Shown: positions 20,351 to 29,934, numbered from the stretch's first letter. The stretch is 64,000 nt of DNA from Sulfolobales archaeon (GCA_026413885.1 JAOAKA010000001.1:374075-438074), one strand, 5' to 3'. Notes: generated from the sequence alone by a model not told the origin. Program-made: numbers and translations.

Positions 20351-21297
20351 TACTTCGGAATATTCTTTCTAAATAGGTCAGCAACAGGTCCGTGGATTCT
20401 GACAATAGTTTCCCACTCGTCAGGATCGTAGAATCTCGCCCTACCCATAGTGAAATCCTTAGCGACCTCTACCACGAATCTAGTTGCTTGCTCGAGAGCT
20501 ACAAAGTTAGTGATTCCAGTTCCCGAGCCGGGTAGAGCCATTCTAGCAGTTATAGCTACTCCAACTACTGGCGCCTTTGTGTATAGCCAGGGCTGCATCA
20601 TGCTGTTTATGTGGTATACCGGGGTAGAATATGGAAGTATGTCCTGCATTGTTATTGGTACCACAACCGGTGGTTCACCTGTAACTCTAACATATATATC
20701 GGTAAGGTCTGGACTGACCCTCAGTATCCAGCCCTCCTTAACGGTGGGAGTTATCGCGAAGCCCGTGTGCTTGATCACCCAGTTAGCTTTAGTAGCATCA
20801 ACTGAAAGAACTGAGTCCATCTCATCTCTAACTTCCTTCCTAAGCAGTGTGAAGATATCCACGGGAGAGTCCATCATGGGAGCGGGCTTGTAAGGCCTCG
20901 TTGGAGCGACTGGACACACGTGTGTAGTAATAATGACATCACCTGGGAGTACGTCACCTCGGGTCTTCATCTCAGCAATCTTATACGCAGTCGCGAGAGC
21001 TACGATGGCTCCATCAGCGTCTGAAACCATACCTATATACGCTGGTCTAGCTCCAATACCTCCCAACCTACCCACGACTCCCAGCGTAGGTGAATAACCT
21101 CCCGAGTTCTTGCCTATTCTTCCAGGAACAGTTATGGTTACAAAGTCTGTAGAACCTTTATCACCGTGAATAGTTTCTACTTCGATTTCCATATCCGTGA
21201 AGCCCTTATCGATAAAGAATTTTCTAACGATCTTGCCATTAACCCCGGGATGTTCGAGGAGATCCACTACCTCTAATATATGTTTTAAGGTAGACAT
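20350..21297 (-). CDS. DUF1177 family protein
   Basis: 315 aa, the first gene of a four-gene overlapping operon. The family assignment is from length and sequence memory. Confidence 0.5.
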   Translation of the reverse strand: MSTLKHILEVVDLLEHPGVNGKIVRKFFIDKGFTDMEIEVETIHGDKGSTDFVTITVPGRIGKNSGGYSPTLGVVGRLGGIGARPAYIGMVSDADGAIVALATAYKIAEMKTRGDVLPGDVIITTHVCPVAPTRPYKPAPMMDSPVDIFTLLRKEVRDEMDSVLSVDATKANWVIKHTGFAITPTVKEGWILRVSPDLTDIYVRVTGEPPVVVPITMQDILPYSTPVYHINSMMQPWLYTKAPVVGVAITARMALPGSGTGITNFVALEQATRFVVEVAKDFTMGRARFYDPDEWETIVRIHGPVADLFRKNIPK

Positions 21298-21474
21298 ATA
21301 TGACCACGATCGAAAATATCCTACTATATTTAAAAATCTTGTTTATTTAGTCTAGCGACTTTGCAAAAATTTCGAAATAAGTAAATCCATACTACTCTAC
21401 TTTTAATGAAGATATATGAAAACACATAATATGTTTATATACTAGTCCAAGTAATTCACTTTGGTGATATAATA

Positions 21475-23097
21475 ATGACTAAATCTTCCTCCGACTACCA
21501 CCCTAGGTTATATGAACCCATCGTCTTGGCTATGGGGCTCGTTCTAGCACTCTTTGGCGCTATTATCGGTATGGAGTTGATCTGTAGAGTGGGTATAAAT
21601 CCCAACACATCCATCATTGGGGCTCTCATAGCTATAACGTTTTCAGCTATACCGGTTCAAATTGCCCGAGCTATGCGCAATGTGCACAGAATCAACTTAA
21701 TGCAGACAGTGATATCAGGCGCCACTTTTCAAGCCGGGAACGTGTTCTTACTTACAATTGCAGTACCCTACCTATTAGGACTTACTGGAGGTGCTTACTT
21801 TACTGGTGTTATTATAGGTGTCCTCATCGCTGGTTTTGTAGATATACTTCTATCATATTGGATATTTGACTCTCCATTCTATCCTGCGAGGAACCCGTGG
21901 CCTCCCGGTATAGCAACAGCTGAAGCTATAAGGGCGGCTCTGAGTAGGGGTAAGAGGGCACTTATCCTACTCTACGGCATGATTTTCGGTGGAGCACTAA
22001 CTTACCTCGGCTATCCAGGTGATGTTGTAGGTATAACCCTCATAACTCAGATCGTAGCTATAACTTCGTTCGGTATTGGTCTCGTTATGAGGGCTTACGG
22101 TCCGGTATTAGTGGGTATCGATTTCTACAAGATATACGCTCCTCAAGGTATAATGGTTGGTGCTGGATTAGCAGCACTAATACAGTTCATCTTACTGTAC
22201 TTAAGAGTTAGAGGAAAGCAAGATGTTCAGCCGGTGAAAGGATCGTCCTCTAGTCTGTCGCCGGTGCTTGTTAATGCTGATGAGGCTTTGAGGAGACTAG
22301 CTATAGCTTTAGGTATATTTGTAGCTGGTGCTCTAGTTACCGCCTTAGTAACAGGTATCGGCGGAATGATGGATCCAGCAATGCTCCTCTTGTGGGTCAT
22401 CTACTTCGGTTTTCAAGCTTGGTTTACTACGTTAATCTGCGCTCTCTCAGGTATGTACGCAGGTTGGTTCCCCGCTTTTGCTACAGCACTAGCTGCTTTA
22501 GTAATAAGCCTCGTCTTCGGCTTCCCACCACTAGCAGCAGGTATCGGTGTAGCTTATGTTGCGGCGACTGGACCGGGGATGGCTGACCTTTCCTACGACT
22601 TAAAGACCGGCTGGATTCTTCGAGGTGAGGGGAGAGATCCAGAGTTTGAGAAAATAGGGAGAAAGTGGCAGTTCTACGCAAAAATACTCTCATTAGCTAT
22701 CTCCCTCACAATGATTGCTGTGTTCTACAGAGCCTACTTCGCCGGACTCAATCTATTTCCACCAGCAGCTAGAACTCTTGCTGCTACAGCTAAAGCAGTA
22801 GCAGACCCCGAGCTAGCGAGATGGCTACTCACTTGGGCGCCGCTAGGCTTTGTTCTACAACTACTAGGAGGACCTGAGAGACAGATCGGGATACTACTGG
22901 CTACAGGACTTATGATATCTAACCCACCAGCAGGTATAGCAGTTTTAGTGACAGTAGCTGCTAGACTAGCATTAATAAAAACTTTAGGAGTTGAGAAACT
23001 GCGAGATGTGTTCTATGTGGGTGGAGCAGGTGCCGTAGGAGGCTCAGCAATAGTGTCGTTTATAGTTTATACACTAAGAGCGTACCTTAGAATATAG
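21475..23097 (+). CDS. OPT-family oligopeptide transporter
   Basis: 540 aa with more than 12 TM helices and an OPT-like DLSYDLKTGWIL segment. It is divergent from the DUF1177 operon. Confidence 0.7.
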   Translation: MTKSSSDYHPRLYEPIVLAMGLVLALFGAIIGMELICRVGINPNTSIIGALIAITFSAIPVQIARAMRNVHRINLMQTVISGATFQAGNVFLLTIAVPYLLGLTGGAYFTGVIIGVLIAGFVDILLSYWIFDSPFYPARNPWPPGIATAEAIRAALSRGKRALILLYGMIFGGALTYLGYPGDVVGITLITQIVAITSFGIGLVMRAYGPVLVGIDFYKIYAPQGIMVGAGLAALIQFILLYLRVRGKQDVQPVKGSSSSLSPVLVNADEALRRLAIALGIFVAGALVTALVTGIGGMMDPAMLLLWVIYFGFQAWFTTLICALSGMYAGWFPAFATALAALVISLVFGFPPLAAGIGVAYVAATGPGMADLSYDLKTGWILRGEGRDPEFEKIGRKWQFYAKILSLAISLTMIAVFYRAYFAGLNLFPPAARTLAATAKAVADPELARWLLTWAPLGFVLQLLGGPERQIGILLATGLMISNPPAGIAVLVTVAARLALIKTLGVEKLRDVFYVGGAGAVGGSAIVSFIVYTLRAYLRI

Positions 23098-23306
23098 TGT
23101 GAGCTACATATAGAGGCAGGACCTCGAGCGCTATCTTCCTGCTCACGATCTTTCCCCCACATTAACTCAAAACATTTTCTTGCTTTAGAACTGGTGCGTC
23201 CTCGAAGATATCTCTCTAAAGCTATTAGATAGCATTAAGCTTGAGCTAGTTCTATACATCCATAGTTCTCTAAATAGATAACAAATTCTTATTCTTATAG
23301 TAAAGT

Positions 23307-23564
23307 TCAGTATGGTAGTATTATAGCTAGAGCAACTAGAATTACTCCAAGGATAGTTAAACCTAGAGTTAGACTTCCTATCTTAAGATTCCACAGGAGC
23401 TTCCCCAGTTTCACCAGACCGTAGGCCATGTAGAATAAGGACATAACCATTAGTATTAGTACTCCAGTAGTTGCTGCTAACTTAGCTGGACTAGCACTCT
23501 CAAATAATTTAATAAACGGTCCAACGATGTTTTTGAATACTTCTACGAGAGTCTCAAGACCCAC
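23307..23564 (-). CDS. small membrane protein (85 aa)
   Basis: Two clear hydrophobic helices. No homology recognised. Confidence 0.4.
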   Translation of the reverse strand: MGLETLVEVFKNIVGPFIKLFESASPAKLAATTGVLILMVMSLFYMAYGLVKLGKLLWNLKIGSLTLGLTILGVILVALAIILPY

Positions 23565-23685
23565 AGATATCCCCGGTGGATAACTAGCTTCCTAGTTATT
23601 TTTAAAGCTAGAGGCACAACATCTTAATGCTTATCTGTGCTTCTACAAATAGCTTTAGATGTCTAGGTCTAAATCGGTAGAGAAC

Positions 23686-24972
23686 CTACGTAAAAGCCTT
23701 TCTACCTGTGTATACAGCATCTCCGGAGAGATAGTTCTCTATTCTAATTAGTTCATTATATTTAGATGTTCTCTCACCTCTAGCGGGTGCTCCCGTCTTT
23801 ATCAACCCGGTTCCGTAGGCGACCGCTATGTGAGCTATTGAAACATCTTCAGTTTCACCACTTCTATGGCTTACAATAGCCCTACCTCTAAGGCCTTTGA
23901 GGACTTCTATAGCTCTCTCCGCCTCGGTGAGTGTCCCAACCTGATTTATCTTTATTATAGCACCATCAATAGCTCCCTCGACGAAGTATTTAGATATGAT
24001 TTCAGCATTCGTTACTGTTAGATCGTCTCCTATAACTAGAGCTCTACCTCTCAACTCAGACCTTAGTTCTCGGAAGTAATCGGGCTGGTCTTCAGCAAAG
24101 GGATCCTCTATACTGATGATAGGAAACTCTCCGACCAAGTCTATGTAGAGTTTTAGAAGGTCTTCACTACTTATCTTTTTACCATCTACTAAGTAAAAAC
24201 CATCTCGATAGATTTGTGATGCAGCTACGTCAAGAGCTAAGAATATATCTTCACCAACTCTATAGCCAGCATTTTCAACAGCTTTAGTAATAGCTTTCAG
24301 AGCTTCTCTTACTTCTCTCATAGGTGGGGCGAAACCACCTTCATCACCAACGTTAATAGATGCGGGTCCGTAGGCTTTCTTTAAATACTCCTTCAGAGTC
24401 TTATAGACTTCTACAGCTACTCTAATAGCTTCAGAAAAAGTTGAAGAAGCTACAGGTGCTATCATAAATTCTTGAAAAGATAGTTCGTTTCCGGCGTGTG
24501 TTCCCCCATTAATGATATTGAGTAGGGGAACTGGAAGACTTCTAGCCCACCTACCTCCAAGAAACTCAAAGAGTGGTACTCCAGCAGTGTCTGCGGCTGC
24601 GTTTACTACAGCTAGAGAGGTTGCTGTGATCGCATTACTACCTAGTTTAGACTTATTTTGAGTTCCGTCTATTTCTACGAGCTTTCTATCTATATCTCTA
24701 AATCTATAGGAACTCATTCCCACTATTGCTGGAGCTATGTACTTATTTACCGACTCTACTGCTCTCTCTACACCCCTGCCGAGATACTCTCTACCACCGT
24801 CTCTAATTTCAATAGCTTCCCTTAATCCTCTCGAAGCTCCAGCGGGCGCTATTCCTCTCCCAAACCCCCCTCCTCTAGTCGCTACATTTACTTCAACAGT
24901 TGGATCTCCTCTCGAGTCTAAAACCTGTAGAGCTCTCACATACTCTACTATAAACTCAGACATATACATCAC
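23686..24972 (-). CDS. eno: enolase (phosphopyruvate hydratase)
   Basis: LDSRGDPTVEV, the SHRSGETED motif and IKTGAPARGERT.KYN. The start may be 1-3 codons inside the ORF. Confidence 0.95.
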   Translation of the reverse strand: MMYMSEFIVEYVRALQVLDSRGDPTVEVNVATRGGGFGRGIAPAGASRGLREAIEIRDGGREYLGRGVERAVESVNKYIAPAIVGMSSYRFRDIDRKLVEIDGTQNKSKLGSNAITATSLAVVNAAADTAGVPLFEFLGGRWARSLPVPLLNIINGGTHAGNELSFQEFMIAPVASSTFSEAIRVAVEVYKTLKEYLKKAYGPASINVGDEGGFAPPMREVREALKAITKAVENAGYRVGEDIFLALDVAASQIYRDGFYLVDGKKISSEDLLKLYIDLVGEFPIISIEDPFAEDQPDYFRELRSELRGRALVIGDDLTVTNAEIISKYFVEGAIDGAIIKINQVGTLTEAERAIEVLKGLRGRAIVSHRSGETEDVSIAHIAVAYGTGLIKTGAPARGERTSKYNELIRIENYLSGDAVYTGRKAFT

Positions 24973-25017
24973 ACCTCTTTCGCAGTAGATCTTGTTTCAA
25001 GTTATAAGACTCAAATC

Positions 25018-25635
25018 CTAGGGACCCCAAGCTTTTCTGCAAGCCCTCTCTAACTTCACTCTGGACTCTATATCGATTAAGAGAACTCTCCAGTCTTCTA
25101 ACACTTTTCTATAGATGTCGAGTTTCCTGCGGAGACCGGGAATTACTGAGTCTGCGAAATCTAACTCGGAGAGTTCACTGTATATTTCTTCAGCTAACTC
25201 AAAGTATCTAAAGCTCTCACCATATTCCTCCCTCCTCAGAAGCTCTAGGGAGATTCTCTTTAACTCACCTATTAAATCGAGAGTACCGAGAACATATGGT
25301 ATCGGGTGAACTCCTAGCTCTCCAGCACTCTTAAACTTCTTCTCAAAAACTGTGTAGTATAGTTGAGCACTTTCAACGTATTCTGCTACTACTGAGTAGA
25401 ATAAGTTAGAATAGTATAGTTCAGGATAGTGTGAGACTCTACCTACTAGCGAGTAGTAGACTCTACTCACATCTCTCAACACTCTATCTGCTTCATCTCG
25501 ACTACCTCTTAGAGTGCTTGAAACAACTTTCCTTGCTAAGTTGGAGAGATCTCTCCCGACACTAATTACTTCCTCTCGAACAGCTTCAAGTTCTACTAAG
25601 CGATCTCTAACTTGATTAATCTCGAGCCTACTCAA
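25018..25635 (-). CDS. translin-family protein (COG2178)
   Basis: 205-aa all-helical protein with a translin-like YV.G..D..GEL.R segment (YVLGTLDLIGELKR). Confidence 0.6.
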   Translation of the reverse strand: MSRLEINQVRDRLVELEAVREEVISVGRDLSNLARKVVSSTLRGSRDEADRVLRDVSRVYYSLVGRVSHYPELYYSNLFYSVVAEYVESAQLYYTVFEKKFKSAGELGVHPIPYVLGTLDLIGELKRISLELLRREEYGESFRYFELAEEIYSELSELDFADSVIPGLRRKLDIYRKVLEDWRVLLIDIESRVKLERACRKAWGP

Positions 25636-25826
25636 ATTACCACCAATTAGAACTCCTAGGAGATTTTAACTTAAGACTCCTCTTAAAAATCGGTTAAGTA
25701 CAGAAATAAATAAGATACGACATCAGATTCCATCAGTAGGCTGTTTTAAAGTTAAGTAAGAATTGAAAGACATCTGAATTAACAATATACGATAACATTT
25801 TTATGTCTCAGTGTTAACCACTTCTG

Positions 25827-25902
25827 GCGGCGGTCGTCTAGCCTGGTTTAGGACGCCGGCCTTCCACGCCGGAGATCCCGGGTTCGAATCCCGGCCGCCG
25901 CA
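25827..25902 (+). tRNA. tRNA-Gly (anticodon UCC)
   Basis: Hand-folded cloverleaf: acceptor GCGGCGG/CCGCCGC, anticodon stem CCGGC/GCCGG with loop CTTCCAC, T arm CCGGG-TTCGAAT-CCCGG, discriminator A. CCA is not encoded. A TATA-like TTTTTAT lies about 30 nt upstream. Confidence 0.9.
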
Positions 25903-25923
25903 CTTTCTCGAAGAACTAGTTAG

Positions 25924-25949
25924 TAAGTTCGAAACCTAAGTTCGAAACC
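25924..25949. repeat. perfect tandem 13-mer TAAGTTCGAAACC x2
   Basis: Read directly from the sequence. It lies 22 nt downstream of tRNA-Gly and is followed by CCGCGGTTTTC. Confidence 0.9.
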
Positions 25950-26071
25950 CCGCGGTTTTCTGTAGTTGCTAGATCCATAAGTGTGAGGTGAATCACATTA
26001 AGTGTGTCTACATAGTTCTCTACCGAGATATCTGAAGCTATATGTTGCCGTAATGACTTATTTAGGTAGAG

Positions 26072-27433
26072 ATGAAGGAGCCGTATAGAATTGAGTGGGT
26101 AGATGTAGCTGCTCTTATTGAAGCTGTTTTGAGAGCTGAGGCTATTAAACCTGCTCAGCAAGCTAAGAGAGATGCGTTTAAAGTATACGGTGTACTGGGG
26201 ACTAGAAGAGACCCCCCGCTGACAGCTATCTTTTACGATATCATGCTTAGGCTGGGGGTACTAGATAGAATAATAGAGGATTTAACCGGTGCTAGAAATC
26301 CACTACTACTCGATCCAAAGCTTAGAGCTGCTCTAAGAGTATTTATCTACCTAGAACTACATGCTAGAGACAGAGTAACATACAGCAGAAAGCTAGAGTG
26401 CTTAAAGAAAACTGCTTCCTGGCTATCTACTAAATCACACCCATACGTAGGTATGTGGTTTGTAGACGCAATTAAGAAACTCTACACCTACACGTTCACC
26501 CCCAGATCTCCGGAAGACGAGTTGATGATAAAGTACCTTCTCCCGCCTTGGTACATTAAGAAGGTCTTCAACTTAGTTAGTGAAGAAGAGGGAGATAGAA
26601 TTCTGAAGGCATTCATGGAGAAGCCTAAGATTAGTGTTAGAGTAAACACTCTAAAAGCAACTGTTGAGGAAGTACTAGAGAAACTGAGGAGAGAAAGAAA
26701 AAGCCCGGAGGTTTCATCAGTAGTTCCAACTGTGGTAAAATTTGAGGGACCCTACAATTTCGATAGATCGGAGTTATTTAAAAGTGGTAAAATAGTGATT
26801 CAGGAAGAACCTACCGCCTTAGCGAGTCTAATACTAAATCCAAAGCCCGGCGAAGTAGTTGTAGATCTCGCAGCCGCACCTGGAGGTAAGACAGAGCATA
26901 TGGGTGAATTAATGAACAATCAGGGAGTGATATACGCATTCGATATAGATAGAACTAGAATGAGGAGACTTGAAGAACTGCTCAGAAGAACTGGAATAAC
27001 TATAGTTAAAACCTACATCAAAGACGGTAGAGAAGCGCCCAAGATACTTGGGCGGGAGACTGCAGATAGAGTTCTAGTGGATGCTCCCTGCACATCAGAT
27101 GGAACACTTGCTAAAAACCCGGACTTAAGATGGAGACTCATGGAGGGTGATGTAGCTAAGTTAGGTCAGCTGCAGTACGAGCTTTTAAAAACTGCGATAA
27201 AGTTAGTCAAACCAGGTGGATATATTCTCTATACTACCTGCACACTACTTATAGAGGAAAATGAAGAAGTAGTAAAGAGAGTTCTAGAAAAAGAGAGAGG
27301 AAAGGTAAGGTTGGTCCCTCTAGAAGGTCCGTATAGTAGTGGTTTTCTACCTGGCACGATGAGGGTTTGGCCCCATATCCACAAGACCATAGGCTTCTTT
27401 TACGCACTCATAGAGAAAGTTGGTGGGGCCTGA
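26072..27433 (+). CDS. NOL1/NOP2/Sun-family RNA (cytosine-C5)-methyltransferase
   Basis: SAM motif DLAAAPGGKT and catalytic motifs DAPCTSDG and YTTCT. There is also an N-terminal NusB-like extension. Confidence 0.9.
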   Translation: MKEPYRIEWVDVAALIEAVLRAEAIKPAQQAKRDAFKVYGVLGTRRDPPLTAIFYDIMLRLGVLDRIIEDLTGARNPLLLDPKLRAALRVFIYLELHARDRVTYSRKLECLKKTASWLSTKSHPYVGMWFVDAIKKLYTYTFTPRSPEDELMIKYLLPPWYIKKVFNLVSEEEGDRILKAFMEKPKISVRVNTLKATVEEVLEKLRRERKSPEVSSVVPTVVKFEGPYNFDRSELFKSGKIVIQEEPTALASLILNPKPGEVVVDLAAAPGGKTEHMGELMNNQGVIYAFDIDRTRMRRLEELLRRTGITIVKTYIKDGREAPKILGRETADRVLVDAPCTSDGTLAKNPDLRWRLMEGDVAKLGQLQYELLKTAIKLVKPGGYILYTTCTLLIEENEEVVKRVLEKERGKVRLVPLEGPYSSGFLPGTMRVWPHIHKTIGFFYALIEKVGGA

Positions 27434-27464
27434 GATACTCTGGTTACTCAGACCGTGAAAAATA

Positions 27465-27659
27465 TCACTGACTGCTAACTGCTGCTTTTGCTTTTCTAGG
27501 CACTGATGATGGGGGAATTACTGTGGGTACTGGTAGTCCTGCTTCCTTCCTCTTTTTAATCCAGAACTCTCTTCTATTTCTCTGTCTAGGTGGGAAATTT
27601 CTCTTAGGTCTTGCTGGTATTTTAGGTGTCGCATTTCTTACTTTTCCAGCTCTTGTCAT
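27465..27659 (-). CDS. rps30e: 30S ribosomal protein S30e
   Basis: The RAGKVRNATPKIP motif in a small basic protein. Confidence 0.8.
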   Translation of the reverse strand: MTRAGKVRNATPKIPARPKRNFPPRQRNRREFWIKKRKEAGLPVPTVIPPSSVPRKAKAAVSSQ

Positions 27660-27751
27660 AGATCCGTGTGTCGGCGTAGGAGCTCACCTAACCTTATTTA
27701 TACCGGTAAGTTTATAAGGCTATCGGGCTTGCCGCCTACGCAGAGAATTCT

Positions 27752-27934
27752 CTAACTACTGCTCTCAGTAGTAGATCTAGACTCCTCTTTAGCGATTATT
27801 CTATACTTAACATATTTATCTAACGGTGAAAACCTGGGAGGACTAGCTGTAGCTGTCGCACTACCGCAAATAGGACAGCGCTCTTTAAGAGTATATCTAC
27901 CACATTTTGTGCATTTCTTAATGAGGAATCTAAC
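27752..27934 (-). CDS. nop10: H/ACA RNP protein Nop10 (start codon unresolved)
   Basis: Manual translation gives (V)RFLIKKCTKCGRYTLKERCPICGSATATASPPRFSPLDKYVKYRIIAKEE.... It has the Nop10 zinc ribbon and PPRFSP motif and sits in the conserved position downstream of aIF2alpha. There is no ATG/GTG/TTG in frame after the upstream stop. Confidence 0.8.
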   Translation of the reverse strand, partial: VRFLIKKCTKCGRYTLKERCPICGSATATASPPRFSPLDKYVKYRIIAKEESRSTTESSS

Positions 27935-28724
27935 CGAGCTTCACCCTTTCGAAGCTAAAGCTCACATTGAGCTTCTTACTTAAAGTCTCAGCTCTCTCTA
28001 CTACTTCAGCTAGCTTTGCCTCCAAGATCTTGTAGTCCGTTCCTACGAGCTCTATCCTGTATCTCGGTGCTCCTTCAGAGTAAACTCTGAGTTTAACTTC
28101 TTCTAAGTCTTCAACTAGAGACTCAAGTACCTCCTTAATTCTGTAGATTCCGTCTGATTCGTAGGTGGTTAAAGTAAGTCTACCATCTATTCTGACCTGC
28201 TTCGGTTTTATGTGTTTAGGGATCTCCTTCATGAGTTCTGAAATCCAAGTATCAGATAATTCAGCATCTCTAAGAACAGAGTCCCCTAGAGTGGAAGCAT
28301 CTTCAAAAGCAGCTAAAACATCTCCATAGGCTTTCTCTAATTTCCACCATACTTCTGAATATGCTTCATCCATACTCCTACCGAGTTTCTTAGAAACGAT
28401 CTCCAGTATTTTCTCAGCTCTCTTAGCACGTTTCCACTCCTTGAGTTTCCTCTTTCGCTCAACTTCAGCAACTCTCTTTAAAGATACGTCTACCTGGTTT
28501 TTCTTCCTATCTACTCTTATGACTTTTACAACTACTTTCTGCCCTTCTTTTACTACTTCTCTAATATTTTTTACCCACTTACTACTAACTTCATTCCACG
28601 GGAGGTAAGCCTCTAGATTTTCGTATTCATCTAGTTTAACATATACTCCTAGATCGAATACCTTATCTACTGTTGCTACACAGAGCTCGTTTATTGACGG
28701 TAGCGCTTCTTTTTTCTTAACCAA
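27930..28724 (-). CDS. eif2a: translation initiation factor aIF2 alpha subunit
   Basis: 264 aa with an N-terminal S1 domain (GVYVKLDEYENLEAYLPWNEVS). It lies in the conserved L44e-S27e-aIF2alpha-Nop10 cluster. Confidence 0.95.
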   Translation of the reverse strand: MVKKKEALPSINELCVATVDKVFDLGVYVKLDEYENLEAYLPWNEVSSKWVKNIREVVKEGQKVVVKVIRVDRKKNQVDVSLKRVAEVERKRKLKEWKRAKRAEKILEIVSKKLGRSMDEAYSEVWWKLEKAYGDVLAAFEDASTLGDSVLRDAELSDTWISELMKEIPKHIKPKQVRIDGRLTLTTYESDGIYRIKEVLESLVEDLEEVKLRVYSEGAPRYRIELVGTDYKILEAKLAEVVERAETLSKKLNVSFSFERVKLG

Positions 28725-28730
28725 GTCTTC

Positions 28731-28928
28731 CTACCCCAAAACTCTGACGATTTCACCGAGGATCTTAGCTTTACCTCCTATCGGCACTGCTAATAGTGAG
28801 TTGCAGACAAAGCACTTAACTGAGAAGGTCGCGTGATCGAAGACTATCTGCTCATTTCCACACGATGGACACTTAACTCTGAGAAATCTGCTCTTCGGAA
28901 TTGGAATGAGCATTTTTTCCTTCTTCAT
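28731..28928 (-). CDS. rps27e: 30S ribosomal protein S27e
   Basis: [32 protein letters not shown], with the C4 zinc ribbon. Confidence 0.95.
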   Translation of the reverse strand: MKKEKMLIPIPKSRFLRVKCPSCGNEQIVFDHATFSVKCFVCNSLLAVPIGGKAKILGEIVRVLG

Positions 28929-29212
28929 TTCACCACCTCTACTAAGTCTACTTTCTTGAGTCTCACACCTCCTCTATGCTGAATATAGCCACACTTACCA
29001 CACTTCAGCTTCAAGACTATTTTCTTAGTAACTTTAGCAAGTCTCTTCTGCTCAGGTTTTCTCTTACTTCCGTAGCCTTCCTGTTTACGTCTATATCTGC
29101 GCTCACCTTCAGCTAGAGACCTCCTCTTACCATGCTTATAGATACTCACACTGTGATCTGTGTGTGTCCTACACCTAGGGCAGTGGGTCTTTACTACTTT
29201 GGGTACTCTCAA
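28925..29212 (-). CDS. rpl44e: 50S ribosomal protein L44e
   Basis: [12 protein letters not shown]...KLKCGKCG zinc ribbon, a basic protein, and a 4-nt overlap with rps27e. Confidence 0.95.
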   Translation of the reverse strand: MRVPKVVKTHCPRCRTHTDHSVSIYKHGKRRSLAEGERRYRRKQEGYGSKRKPEQKRLAKVTKKIVLKLKCGKCGYIQHRGGVRLKKVDLVEVVK

Positions 29213-29397
29213 CGCTTACTCCTCTAACTAATAGCTGAATCAACTTAAAAATTATATCTCATTAAGTAACAACTTCTCGGCCTCTATCTCCATGTAGAGT
29301 TTAGTGCGGTAGATTTTTAAAACTAGAAAGAAAGAATGTCGGTAGCCGTACTTAGCGGCAAAGCTTTTAAGCTATAATATCGATAGATAGCGAGAAA

Positions 29398-29487
<90 letters not shown>

Positions 29488-29829
29488 CAGAGGGCTCCTA
29501 GTCTAGTACTAGGTGCTATAGCCTGGGGAATAGAGAATCACGTAAAATAGCACAATCAGATACGTCATTCCTACCCGCCTTGTAGAAGTAGCTATGTTAG
29601 TTAGTGAAAGCTATGTCGATCCATCTCCATGAATAGACTTTGAGAACACGGTGTTAGAGAATCTAGAAATAGAGAAATGTGAGGAGCCGGTAGCAATGAG
29701 TATGAAGCTAGTTCTAGTACTGTTTTTGTATAGTTAAACTACATGCTATCGATATAACTATCTGAAGCGTTTTTATCTACATCTCTCAGAGATTGTGAAG
29801 CAATTTGTTACTGATTCTCTAGGGGGTTA

Positions 29830-29903
29830 AGCCGCCGGCGGGATTTGAACCCGCGGCCACCGGCTTACAAGGCCGGCGCTCTACCTGGCTGAGCTACGGC
29901 GGC
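29830..29903 (-). tRNA. tRNA-Thr (anticodon UGU)
   Basis: The reverse complement folds as acceptor GCCGCCG/CGGCGGC, anticodon stem CCGGC/GCCGG with loop CTTGTAA, and T arm GCGGG-TTCAAAT-CCCGC. Confidence 0.9.
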
Positions 29904-29922
29904 TCCGCAGGATTTAATCGCC

Positions 29923-29934
29923 GAAAAGCTTATA
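29923..29934 (-). promoter_or_regulatory. BRE/TATA element for tRNA-Thr (reads TATAAGCTTTTC on the minus strand)
   Basis: It starts 31 nt upstream of the tRNA-Thr 5' end. The same 12-mer occurs in mirror orientation at 29977..29988. Confidence 0.6.

Noticed and set aside
19284-20893. Plus-strand ORFs 19284..19490, 19806..20015, 20450..20893 and 20611..20805.
   Set aside because: All of them lie antisense within the overlapping minus-strand operon, so they are shadow frames.
25916-26161. An 81-aa minus-strand ORF between tRNA-Gly and the NSUN methyltransferase gene.
   Set aside because: It overlaps the tandem repeat and the 5' end of the methyltransferase gene. Its sequence is low-complexity and it has no promoter context.
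29488-29829. The 342-bp spacer between tRNA-Lys and tRNA-Thr, including the hairpin CCTAGT-CTAGT-ACTAGG at about 29508, considered as a possible ncRNA or element remnant.
   Set aside because: There is no conserved RNA motif, no ORF and no repeat of tRNA sequence. A single short hairpin is insufficient.
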